A stretch of DNA of 64,000 nucleotides, taken from NCBI GenBank assembly GCA_963789525.1, contig CAWBLA010000009.1:332999-396998 (forward strand), in the 5' to 3' direction. Position 1 is the first letter of the stretch, and the number at the start of each line of letters is the position of its first letter. This stretch comes from an uncultured Planctomycetaceae bacterium. GTDB lineage: Bacteria; Planctomycetota; Planctomycetia; Pirellulales; Thermoguttaceae. The position numbers and the translations under genes are program-made. Below are positions 1 through 12,597 of this stretch, piece by piece. Below the pieces are notes generated by a model. The model searched no databases. It was given only the letters and a program-made list of their open reading frames with translations, and was not told the DNA's origin.

Positions 1-7
1 AGTCTTC

Positions 8-80
8 GAGGCTGTAGCTCAGTCGGTAGAGCAACGGACTTTTAATCCGTTGGTCCCGGGTTCGAGTCCCGGCAGCCTCA
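8..80 (+). tRNA. tRNA-Lys (anticodon TTT)
   Basis: Cloverleaf read from sequence: acceptor GAGGCTG/CAGCCTC, D-arm GCTC-AGTCGGTA-GAGC, anticodon arm ACGGA-CTTTTAA-TCCGT, T-arm CCGGG-TTCGAGT-CCCGG, discriminator A. CCA is not encoded. Confidence 0.85.
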
Positions 81-184
81 CTGACCGGCCCGCGTGGCTC
101 CTCGCCGCGTGAAAACGCGTGGCCAAAGGTCATGCCGGAGCCTTTCCAGTCGGGCAACTGGCACCGACGGCATAAAGAAAAGAC

Positions 185-934
185 TGTCGCGGTAGGGACG
201 CCGGTTGCCCGGCGCCCCCCGCACGGATCAGTACGTGAAGGATTACTTCATACGGCTCTTACCTCGGGTTGGTGACGATCAATCGCTCATCGGGATAGGG
301 ATGTAGTATCTGGGCGTTGGGAAGCCATCGCCGCGTCAAACGGCGAATCCTCTCCCAAGTCCAAATGCGCCCTTTCTGGCTCCTCCTGCGCAGGATGCGA
401 TGCCACAGACGCTGAACCTGGGTGTGGAATTCGTCGAGGCAGTTGATGTTTCCGGGAACCGCATGGTAGTTGAACCACCCGCGAACCACGGATCGTAACC
501 AGCCACCCACGTTATTCGTGCCACGTCATCCCGTCCACGCCCGGCGCTGCCTGACGTTTCAGCTCGAAAAAGCTGGCCCGCAGCAGTTCCGGATTGACGT
601 GATGCAGCAGCGCGGTGAACCGTATCTTCGTATCCCGCTTCGCTGCTTCTCGTACGCCCAGCAATCCCATGCCTCGCCTCCCCGGCACTGAGTCCGGCGC
701 GAGTAAGGTCCGTGTGGCGTTTCCCTTGGTCGATCCCCTTCCCTCCACGGACTCCGCCGCCGCATTCGTGCCGGCCTTGTTCGCCCGCTTCTCGGGTACT
801 ATGGAATCGTCCGACTCCCTGGAAACGTGCATGTCCGACGTCTGGCCATAAGCCTTCTCGGACCGTCCCCCGCCGCATTGCAGCGAGGGAGTTTCCAGGG
901 TCTCCCGGTTTCCGTGCAAAGAGTTTCCACGCAT
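185..934 (-). mobile_element. Degenerate, probably 5'-truncated group II intron fragment: intron-encoded protein (IEP) ORF remnant plus domain V/VI
   Basis: Minus-strand 226..258 reads GAGCCGUAUGAAG-UAAUC-CUUC-AC-GUACUGAUC. This matches the domain V consensus lower stem GAGCCGUAU with a 2-nt AC bulge, immediately after the IEP stop. A GC-rich hairpin with a GCAA tetraloop follows (candidate domain VI). No room for domains I-III before acs. Confidence 0.55.
259..934 (-). pseudogene. Group II intron reverse transcriptase/maturase remnant (internal deletion)
   Basis: The 140-aa N-terminal piece (512..934) ends in RT domain 0/1 motifs (...LLRASFFELKRQAAPGVDGMTW). The 83-aa C-terminal piece (259..510, other frame) carries the maturase (domain X) motif GWFNYH. 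RT domains 2-7 (~200 aa) are missing. Confidence 0.65.
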
Positions 935-1219
935 GCGCAGGGTCTTCAGACTCCGCGGCGTCCGCGAGCGGCTTGCGATTGGCGTCGCTCATGGTGTTGC
1001 CTTCCCCTTGTCAGGACAAGGTCGGCACGCCAGAAAAATGATTTCGGAGCTCAATGGCTGGCCTGCGTGTGCCCTTGTCAACGCTTCACCCGTCATGTTA
1101 CCATGACCGGCGCATGACTCAGGGCCAGGACGGGTCGCTAGCCCTTTCCCGTACGGCTCTTTCATCCGCTACTCCTTGCCGGCTTTGACCGGCGCTGTCC
1201 CTGACCCCTTTTGGGACCT

Positions 1220-3191
<1,972 letters not shown>

Positions 3192-3547
3192 CTTCGGCCC
3201 TCCCTGACGAACAACCTGTGGTGAGTCGCGACGCGTAAGAAGGATAGCGCGTGCGAGCCGAGGGACAAGGGCATGGGGAGGACAGCTTCCGACGAAGCGC
3301 GACACGGTGCGAAAAACAGCGATGCACCTGAAGTGCCGGGAAAAGGGCGGACAACACATTGAGACCGGAGAGCCCTTACCTGTCAATTTCCATCTTCTCC
3401 GATCGGCGACAGTCTCTTTTTCCTACCATGGGGACGGGGATTCATGGCGACGCCGCGGCACGACACTACGCCTTTCGTTGACGTCGTGGCATGCTTTTTG
3501 GCGACGATCATTTGCTCCGAGGAACTCGAGGGCTGGCCGGGGGCTCC

Positions 3548-3587
3548 TAATCCGTTCGTCCTAGGTTCGAGTTCCGACAGCCTCACT
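3548..3587 (+). repeat. Degenerate direct copy of the tRNA-Lys 3' half (anticodon loop to 2 nt past the 3' end)
   Basis: 35 of 40 positions identical to tRNA positions 43..82 (taatccgtt...ggttcgagt..ccg.cagcctcact), same orientation. Not a functional tRNA: no 5' half, and the T-stem complementarity is lost. Confidence 0.6.
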
Positions 3588-3659
3588 CGCTAGGCCCGCG
3601 GAACTTGTCGATGCGCAAGAACGACGCAGCCGAAAGGCGGCCCGAGTCGTTGCTACCGC

Positions 3660-5351
3660 TCAACCGGAGACGGGGCGCGTGGAAAAGACTCCCGACCCCT
3701 TGTGTGCTTCCTTGTGTGCTTGTGTGTGCCTCCAGGCAAAGACCAGCAGACACATGGCACCGCCCAAGAGCAGCACCAGCGTGCCGGGCTCGGGCGCCGC
3801 CCTGCCCACCGGGCCGGCGGTTACGAAACCGGCGACGTGACCGCCGTACTGGTCACCGAGGAAGCCCAAATCGGAGAGGTTGACTCTCCCATCGTAGTTG
3901 AAGTCGCCCATCGCCCAGGTCGCTCCGGTGGTCAAGCCATAATTATCACCGAGGAAACCGAGGTCCGACAGGTTCACGCTCCCGTCGACGTTCGCGTCGC
4001 CGTAGAGGGTGTATTCCACGGTGATCAACTTGTTGACCGTATCGGCCTTCCAGCCCAAGGTGTTGGCCGTCGTGGCTGTCGAGCTCTGGAACTGGCCGCC
4101 GGCCCAGGCGCCGCCGGCGTAGCTCGCCTTCATCGCCGTGTCGACCGCGGTGGGCGAGGTGCCGCTGTCGGTGTAGTCCAACACCAGCTTGCCGAACTTC
4201 ACGTCCACGCCGGCATTGCTCAAGACCGGCGTCTTGGCGCCAGCCTGCAACACGAGTTTGCCGCCTTCGACGGTCGTCAAGCCGGTGTAGGTGTTGGCGC
4301 CGCTGAGGGTCAAAATACCTGCGCCCACTTTACTAACGGCCAGCACCGCGCTCGCAGAGCCGTCTTTGACAACAGCGTCGAATGAACTGTAGGCGTCGTT
4401 CGTACCAACGATCAACACCGAAGTCGTGCCCGCGGCGTTGTTGACGACCTGCTCAGTTGCCGTGCCGTACAGTCCGCCCACCGACAGATTGTGGCCATTC
4501 AGGTCGAGTGCCGACGCACTGGAGAGATCCACGCTATTCAGTGCGTTCGTGGCCACCAACACTCCGGTACCGTTGGACAGATGCAGATTTGACACCGCAT
4601 CGGTTGCGATCAGACTGAACGTCCGGTTGCCAACGTAAAGGTCATTCGCAGTCAGTGGCCCGCGGTTCAGCACGGTCGGCGATCCGCCATACCAGCCCAA
4701 CCAAAGTGCGTTGGTGTTCACCGCGCGGCCACCCATATCGAGCGTTGAGCCGTTGTCCGTAACATCGAAGCCGCCGGTCAACGCCATGTCGGCGCCTAGC
4801 GTCAGCGTGCTGCCCGAATACACCGCGGCGCTGTCCGTAACGTTCCCCACCGCCACCGTCGTCAGTGCCGAGCCATTATAGAGCCCAACACTGTCCACAG
4901 CATCTGGAGCACCGAAGGTGAAGGAGTTACCGTTATTGACGGTCAAACCATTGCCGGTGAACCCACCGCTCCCTCGCTGCACGATCCCTGTCGCGCCGGG
5001 ACTAAAGCCAATGTACAGGCTGCCGGCGATTGTGAGCTCGGAATTTCCCAAGTCCAACGTCCCGAGGGTGCCGCTGTCGTAACCGACAATAACGGCTGCC
5101 GCACTCTGGTCTTGAGTGAGATTCACGGTCGCCGTGGTAGCGGCCCCGGACGGGTACGTACTGCCGATGAACACGGTGTCCGCGCTGCCCGGAATCGGCG
5201 TGGAGGTCCAAATCGAGGCGTTATTCCAATTGCCACTGCTGATTGTGCCGAGATCGTCGGCCAAGGAAGCCGTTTCTCCAATGGGCACGGCAATTGCGAG
5301 GGACAAGAAAGCCACCGAAGCGACGAAACGAATTTGGTCGTGCTTTTTCAT
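3660..5351 (-). CDS. Secreted PEP-CTERM protein with two dockerin-like repeats and beta-helix-type repeats
   Basis: Signal peptide MKKHDQIRFVASVAFLSLAIAVPIG. C-terminus has two GDANVDGSVNLSDLGFLGDNYG / GDFNYDGRVNLSDLGFLGDQYG repeats, then VPEPGTLVLLLGGAMCLLVFAWR. Intact 564-aa ORF. Confidence 0.75.
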   Translation of the reverse strand: MKKHDQIRFVASVAFLSLAIAVPIGETASLADDLGTISSGNWNNASIWTSTPIPGSADTVFIGSTYPSGAATTATVNLTQDQSAAAVIVGYDSGTLGTLDLGNSELTIAGSLYIGFSPGATGIVQRGSGGFTGNGLTVNNGNSFTFGAPDAVDSVGLYNGSALTTVAVGNVTDSAAVYSGSTLTLGADMALTGGFDVTDNGSTLDMGGRAVNTNALWLGWYGGSPTVLNRGPLTANDLYVGNRTFSLIATDAVSNLHLSNGTGVLVATNALNSVDLSSASALDLNGHNLSVGGLYGTATEQVVNNAAGTTSVLIVGTNDAYSSFDAVVKDGSASAVLAVSKVGAGILTLSGANTYTGLTTVEGGKLVLQAGAKTPVLSNAGVDVKFGKLVLDYTDSGTSPTAVDTAMKASYAGGAWAGGQFQSSTATTANTLGWKADTVNKLITVEYTLYGDANVDGSVNLSDLGFLGDNYGLTTGATWAMGDFNYDGRVNLSDLGFLGDQYGGHVAGFVTAGPVGRAAPEPGTLVLLLGGAMCLLVFAWRHTQAHKEAHKGSGVFSTRPVSG

Positions 5352-5455
5352 AGAGATATGCTCCGTAGTCAAGGCAGGGTCCGAATTAAGACTCCCGCCC
5401 CTTAGTATCCGTCCGACCCCTTACCCCGCCGATCACAGCGATGTTTAATGCATGG

Positions 5456-5737
5456 TCAAAAACTGTCCCGGAAACGTTGCCAGCCACAAAACGCCAAGCC
5501 AAACGTGCCCACGCTCAGCAGAACCAGGGCGGGAGGGTTCAGGCACAGCGGTCGCAGTAACCTCGAAATTATCGCCCCGGTCCGTTCCGGTACTCCCTAC
5601 GGTGCCGCCATCGGCGGAAGTCGTCGAATTATCGGTCAGCCGGAGGTAGACATTCGCTGTGTCGTTGATCGTGGTAAGCGACGAGAGATCAAAGGAAAAG
5701 CCGTACAAGCTACTGCTCGTTGTCGAGTTCCAAGGCG
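5456..5737 (-). pseudogene. C-terminal remnant of a PEP-CTERM protein (no N-terminus or signal peptide)
   Basis: ...NVYLRLTDNSTTSADGGTVGSTGTDRGDNFEVTATAVPEPS. After a 1-nt frame correction it continues ALVLLSVGTFGLAFCGWQRFRDSF-stop, a classic PEP-CTERM anchor. The upstream part is replaced by the 20-bp tandem array. Confidence 0.45.
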
Positions 5738-5780
5738 GGTTTAGAGACTTCCTCCACTCATGGCGGCGCAGGTCGCACGA

Positions 5781-5920
5781 GCGAATCGCCAACGCGAAAT
5801 GCGAATCGCCAACGCGAAATGCGAATCGCCAACGCGAAATGCGAATCGCCAACGCGAAATGCGAATCGCCAACGCGAAATGCGAATCGCCAACGCGAAAT
5901 GCGAATCGCCAACGCGAAAT
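5781..5920. repeat. Perfect tandem repeat: 20-bp unit gcgaatcgccaacgcgaaat, 7 copies
   Basis: Seven identical head-to-tail copies read directly from the sequence. Each unit contains the short palindrome GCGA-A-TCGC. The ORF-track peptides with (FALAIRISRWRFAFRVGDSH)n are translation artefacts of this array. Confidence 0.95.
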
Positions 5921-6831
5921 GATTGTATGCCCGTCGGACAACTGCCAACTATTTATTTCTAAATCGCTGGCGAAGTGTGCGGTCCACGTGCGTACGCGCG
6001 ACCGCCTCTGGGCTGCCCAATAAACGCCCCCAGAAGCCCGCCTCGGCTTTTCAACATGCCGCGAGTGCCAGTTTTACGGCAGGAACGGCTCAGACCGTCT
6101 TTCGGCCGCGTTTCACGCGCCAAAGTGTTGCATGGGCCGGCAAGGGAGGCTGCCGGGACTCGGACCTGGGACCGACGGATTAGCAACCTCCGGCCAATCC
6201 AGGTTCTTTGGAAAAACCGGGGCTCTCGGGCACCACTGGCGCAACAATTGGTCCATGCCGAAATGATCCCGACTTGGACAAGGTCATTGCGGCGTCGTCA
6301 AGCCTGTTCCGATCCAGCCGCCTTCTGAATAAGCTGCGATGCCTGCCCGACGTGGCATCGTTGGGGGTTGGTCGTGCCGATGGAAAAGCGGAGCGTCCGG
6401 TTGCCGTGCAGCCGGGTGTGGCTCAGGTAGATGCAGCCCGAGATGCTCGAGGACAAGAGGCAGGTTCCGGCTGGAGTTGCCATCCTTGGGTGGTACAGTG
6501 CCCCGTCGTGCCGGGCAGTTTCTACCCAGATTTTTTGCCAAATACTTCTGCCAGTTTGTTGCAAGGAGTGCGGAAATTGGTTATGTTAAATTGGTTATGT
6601 TAGCGGTGTAGATCATTAGTCCTGCGGGCACGAGGCAGCGCGTCGACGATCCGTCGCTCTCAGAAACAGTCATCCCAATCGCTGGATGGCACGCGCTGAC
6701 TGGTCTCTCTCCTAAGTCGCCGTTTCGGGTTGCTGTTTCTCGCTGGTGCCGGTCGTGGGCGCGCCGATCGCTCGAACGACGGGGAAACAGTCACACCCTC
6801 TTGCAGCATTTTCGACGAAAGGGCTCGGGCA

Positions 6832-7473
6832 ATGAAGACACGCACTATTGCAGTCGCCGCCGCGTTGGTTCTTTGGGCATCCGTGGGTAAGGCGACGATT
6901 ATCAGCGCGCCGATCGCAGACGACGGCGACGGCGCCATCGTCTGCGACCTCGAGACGACCAACTGGGACGACGCAACCTACACGATGAACATCTACGGCG
7001 AGCAGTTCTCGGCGCCGGGGCATATCGGCAAGGAGTCGCTCGACGCGACGGCGGCGTTCATTACCCCTATCGATGATCCGGATCCGACGGTCACGATGCG
7101 CAACATCATCGACAACGACACCGCGTTCGCGTGGACGGCCTACCACATCAACGTTTACATGGACCAAATCTTTAACTTGTCCGATGCCACGGTGTACATG
7201 CCCGCCACGTCGGAGTCTGGCTGGTCCGGCTCGATTACGGTATCGCCGGCGGCATGGAACGGCAGCCAATACGTCGGGCAAGTGGACTATGTCGCCGGAA
7301 CGCCGATTCCAGTAGGCGGCATGCTCGACTTCAGCTACAAGATGCAGTTCACCGGCACCGTTCACTACTGCCAGGAAATGATCCCCACGCCCGAACCCTC
7401 GACGCTGGTCCTGTTGGGCATCGGCGTCCTTGGGCTGGCGGCCTACGGATGGCGGCGGCGCGATCGAGTCTAG
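6832..7473 (+). CDS. Small secreted PEP-CTERM protein
   Basis: Signal peptide MKTRTIAVAAALVLWASVG. C-terminus PTPEPSTLVLLGIGVLGLAAYGWRRRDRV. Intact 213 codons. Confidence 0.8.
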   Translation: MKTRTIAVAAALVLWASVGKATIISAPIADDGDGAIVCDLETTNWDDATYTMNIYGEQFSAPGHIGKESLDATAAFITPIDDPDPTVTMRNIIDNDTAFAWTAYHINVYMDQIFNLSDATVYMPATSESGWSGSITVSPAAWNGSQYVGQVDYVAGTPIPVGGMLDFSYKMQFTGTVHYCQEMIPTPEPSTLVLLGIGVLGLAAYGWRRRDRV

Positions 7474-7500
7474 GCGATTTATCCTGTATTGTTCGTTAAC

Positions 7501-7535
7501 GAGCCCCACCGATTGACCGGCGGGGCTCTCTTCTT
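7501..7535 (+). terminator. Candidate rho-independent terminator
   Basis: GAGCCCCACC-gattgacc-GGCGGGGCTC (10-bp stem, one mismatch) followed by tctcttctt, 28 bp after the PEP-CTERM gene stop. Confidence 0.4.
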
Positions 7536-8155
7536 GGTGCGCAAGTGCGTGCGATCCGCGTTCAGCACAGACGTGGGTCCCTCCCGGCTGCCACGGCCGG
7601 CGACCCGCACTCCCTTCTCCACCGACGAGTGGGTTTGCGTCGACACATAAGCTACCAGCGAGCCGTCCGCGCCGGTCTGGTTGCCCTGGCCGTTGGTTGC
7701 TTGTTGCCCAGGCTTCGACTGCGCTGCAGCAAGCCATGGGCCGCGTCGAGTTCGCCTATCTCGTTCTGGGCCGGCAGTGCGCGGTTGCCGGGTTCGAGCC
7801 ACCGGCATCGGAGACGATCTGCGTCCAGATTCGTCAAATCCGCAGTGCCGGCGCCTTGCGCGAGCTGTAAGCGGTTGCCTCCGAAACGTTCGGAGGCGTC
7901 AGTCCGCCCGATCGTCGGCGCGTAGGACAATCTCTTACAACCGCGAGAGGTTGTTGCTGCGTCGCGATTCCCGAAAATCCCGATTTTCTTTTCGGCCATA
8001 TCGGTCAAAGTTAGATTAGCCGCGGCCGCTCCTAATGGCGCCGTGCGGGTAAGGTTCTTCCCGATTTGTGACGAAGGAGAATGTTTCAATGGCAACGGTC
8101 GAAACAGGGCGCGCACGAACCGTTGGGCGAAGTCGGGCAGCAAACGGCTCGCGCG

Positions 8156-8898
8156 AAGATTTTGCAGGGGAAGAAGGCATTGGTGACGGGTGGGTCGCGG
8201 GAATTGGGCGGGCAACCGTTTTGGCGCTGGCGGAAGCAGGGGCCGATGTCGCGATCAACTATCAGCGCTGCGCCGAGGCCGCCGAGACCGTCTGCCACGA
8301 CGCCCTCGAACTCGGCGTGCAGGCCCGAACGCATCAGGCCAACGTCTCGAACGAGGATGAGGCCAAACAAATGGTCGAAGACATCCTCGGCGATTGGGGG
8401 GCGATCGATATCTTGGTGAATAATGCCGGCATCACGCGCGACAAGTCGTTCCTCAAGATGTCGCGAACTGCGTGGGACGAAGTGTTGGGAGTGAATCTCA
8501 ACGGGGTCTTCAACATCACGAGGGCCGTTCTGCCGGGAATGGTCGAGGCGGGCTGGGGACGGGTCGTCAATATGGCTTCAATCGTCGGCCAGACCGGCAA
8601 CTTCGGCCAGGCCAATTACGCGGTGACCAAAGGGGGGCTCATCGCGTTGACAATGACGCTGGCCCGCGAGGTCGCGCGCAAAGGCGTGACGGTCAATGCG
8701 GTCGCGCCGGGGTTTATCGAAACGGACATGCTCAAGGAGATTCCCGAGGCCGGACTGGCCGCAATCAAGGCCATGACCCCGGTCGGCCGCCTGGGCAAGC
8801 CCGACGAGGTGGCGGCCGCGGTGGTGTTTTTGGCGAGTCCCCGGGCTAGCTTCGTTACCGGCCAAGTGATTCCGGTTAACGGCGGCATGTACATGTGA
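8156..8898 (+). CDS. fabG: Short-chain dehydrogenase/reductase, 3-oxoacyl-[ACP] reductase FabG-like
   Basis: GKKALVTGGSRGIGRA (after correcting a -1 slip in a G-run near 8212), NNAG, the SDR catalytic tetrad (...YAVTKGG...), and C-terminus PVNGGMYM. Start codon uncertain (possibly TTG at 8162). Confidence 0.7.
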
Positions 8899-8955
8899 AA
8901 TTGTTGACATTTGCCAGATTGCTAGAGCGAGGTTTCTTGAGGCTGGAGGCCAATC

Positions 8956-9162
8956 ATGACTGTGGAAATCGTTGAGATGACGGTGAAGTGCCGTGTGCCG
9001 CGCGCCGAGGCTGAAGACTACATCATCAAGCTTCGACGCGACGAAGAACGACTGCCCGTTCCGCCAGGACTTGTCTGTCGAGACGCGTACGACTGCTACG
9101 AGACGAACGATCCGGATATTACGGTTGTCCGAGCGGGCTATCGGTGCGGTGTGCCGACCTGA
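8956..9162 (+). CDS. Hypothetical small protein (68 aa, 4 Cys)
   Basis: ORF preceded by a strong SD-like GGAGG 7 nt upstream of the ATG, which is unusual in this window. No family recognised. May continue through frameshifts to ~9448. Confidence 0.25.
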   Translation: MTVEIVEMTVKCRVPRAEAEDYIIKLRRDEERLPVPPGLVCRDAYDCYETNDPDITVVRAGYRCGVPT

Positions 9163-9525
9163 CCAGTGGTGGCGACGACGGGAACGGCAAGGCGCGGCGG
9201 AGCGCGGCGACGCAAAAGTGTCCACGCGGCACTGCTCCCCGGCAGAGCCAAGTGCCGAAGTCTGTGCCGTCGCGACCGCGATATGGGGGACGACGCGAGG
9301 CAAGAATGCCCGGCGCTCCGTGTTTCGTCGTGGCGCACTGTTGTGCACACGCACCATGACGCCTCCGGTGTCGAGGTCCTGTCCCTGTTTTCCGGCCTCT
9401 GAGGGGGCTACTCGGCGCAGCAGAAACGGGTATGCAGGTGCGCAATAACGGTTTGACTTTTCTCCGCCGCTCCAAAGAATTGGGTAGTCGCGGCGCCCAG
9501 TGACAATTTCAGAAAGGGAAAAATT

Positions 9526-11133
9526 ATGACCCAGACGCAATTTCAGGCGTCCACCTTGGAGGTGCGGGCGCCGGTCGCGCAGCCCTATGCGGAAATCTTC
9601 ACGCCCGACGCGCTGCATTTTGTCGAGCGACTTGTCGGCGAGTTCCAGGGCATGCGAGATCACCTTCTGGAAGCCCGCAAACAGCGGCAGCGCGAAATTG
9701 ACGCGGGCAACGTTCCCGATTTTCTCTTCGAGACCAGTCGAATCCGCCAGGACGATTGGTCCGTCGCGCCGATTCCCGAACGACCTTTGCGACCGCCGCG
9801 TGGAGATCACCGGCCCGACGGACCGGAAAATGATCATCAACGCGCTGAACTCCGGGGCCAACGTGTATATGGCCGATTTCGAGGACTCCAACTCGCCGAC
9901 GTGGCACAACCTGGTCGACGGGCAGCGAAATCTCTGCGATGCCGTCGATGGCACGATTGACTTCACAAGCCCGGAAGGGAAGCAGTACCGCCTCAATGCG
10001 CAGACCGCCACGTTGATGGTCCGGCCGCGCGGTCTGCATCTGCCGGAAAAACACGTGTGGTTCGGCGGCAGGCCGGTGCCGGGCTGCGCTGTTCGATTTC
10101 GGCTTGTTCTTCTTCCACAACGCCCAGAAGCTGCTGGACAAGGGCAGCGGCCCGTACTTCTATCTTCCCAAGCTGGAAAGCCACCTCGAAGCGCGGTTGT
10201 GGAACGAAGTGTTCCTCATGGCGCAAGACGAACTGGGCATCCCCCGCGGCAGCATCCGCGCCACGGTGCTGATCGAGACGATTCCCGCCGCCTTCGAGAT
10301 GGACGAAATCCTGTACGAGCTTCGCGGACCATTCGGCGGGGTTGAACTGCGGCCGCTGGGATTACATCTTCAGCATCATCAAGAAGTTCCGCAGCATCCC
10401 GAGTTCGCTGATGCCCGACCGGGCCCAGGTCACGATGACCACGCACTGCATGCGCTCGTACTCGCTGTTGGCGATCAAGACCTGCCATCGCCGCGGCATT
10501 CATGCCATCGGCGGCATGGCCGCGCAGATTCCGATCAAGAGCGACCCCGAGGCCAACGACAAGGCGCTGGAAGCGGTGCGGGCCGACAAGGTGCGCGAGG
10601 CGGGCGACGGGCACGACGGCACTTGGGTGGCCCATCCCGGGCTGGTCGGGTTGGCCAGGGCGGCATTCGACGCGAAGATGCCGGAGCCGAACCAGATCGG
10701 CCGCCGCCGCGACGACGTGCACGTCACGGCCCACGATCTGCTGACCGTGCCCGTCGGCAAAATCACCGAGCACGGCCTCTGCCACAACATCGACGTGGGC
10801 ATGCAATACATGGCGGCGTGGCTTGGCGGCAACGGCTGCGTGCCGCTCTACAACCTGATGGAAGACGCCGCCACGGCCGAAATCTCGCGCACCCAAATCT
10901 GGCAATGGGTCCACCATCCCAACGGCGTTCTCGTCGGACGGCCGCGAAGGTGACGCGGGAGATGATTCGCCGCCTGTTCGACGAGCAAATCGGACAAATT
11001 GCGACAGACCGTCGGCGAGGAGGAGTTTGCCCGTGGCAACTACGAGCAGGCCCGCGAGTTGATCGAAGAGATCGTGGTGAAGGACGATTTTACCGAGTTT
11101 ATGACGCTCGTCGGATACGAGCATTTGGACTGA
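9526..11133 (+). CDS. aceB: Malate synthase A
   Basis: Across four frames: [114 protein letters not shown]-terminus [37 protein letters not shown]-stop. Confidence 0.85.
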
Positions 11134-11177
11134 GCCGTTGCGAGGACTCGATCCGCGGCGGCCAGCGGAGGCGATTC

Positions 11178-12593
<1,416 letters not shown>

Positions 12594-12597
<4 letters not shown>

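Noticed and set aside
3544-3590. Second functional tRNA gene
   Set aside because: Only the 3' half is present, the T-stem complementarity is lost, and no acceptor 5' strand is available.
5781-5920. CRISPR array
   Set aside because: The repeats are contiguous with no spacers, the unit is 20 bp, and there are no cas genes. It is a simple tandem repeat.
6284-6603. Possible transposase fragment in the 5950..6700 intergenic region
   Set aside because: Only vague resemblance, no catalytic motifs, and the overlapping ORFs in both strands are short and low-complexity.
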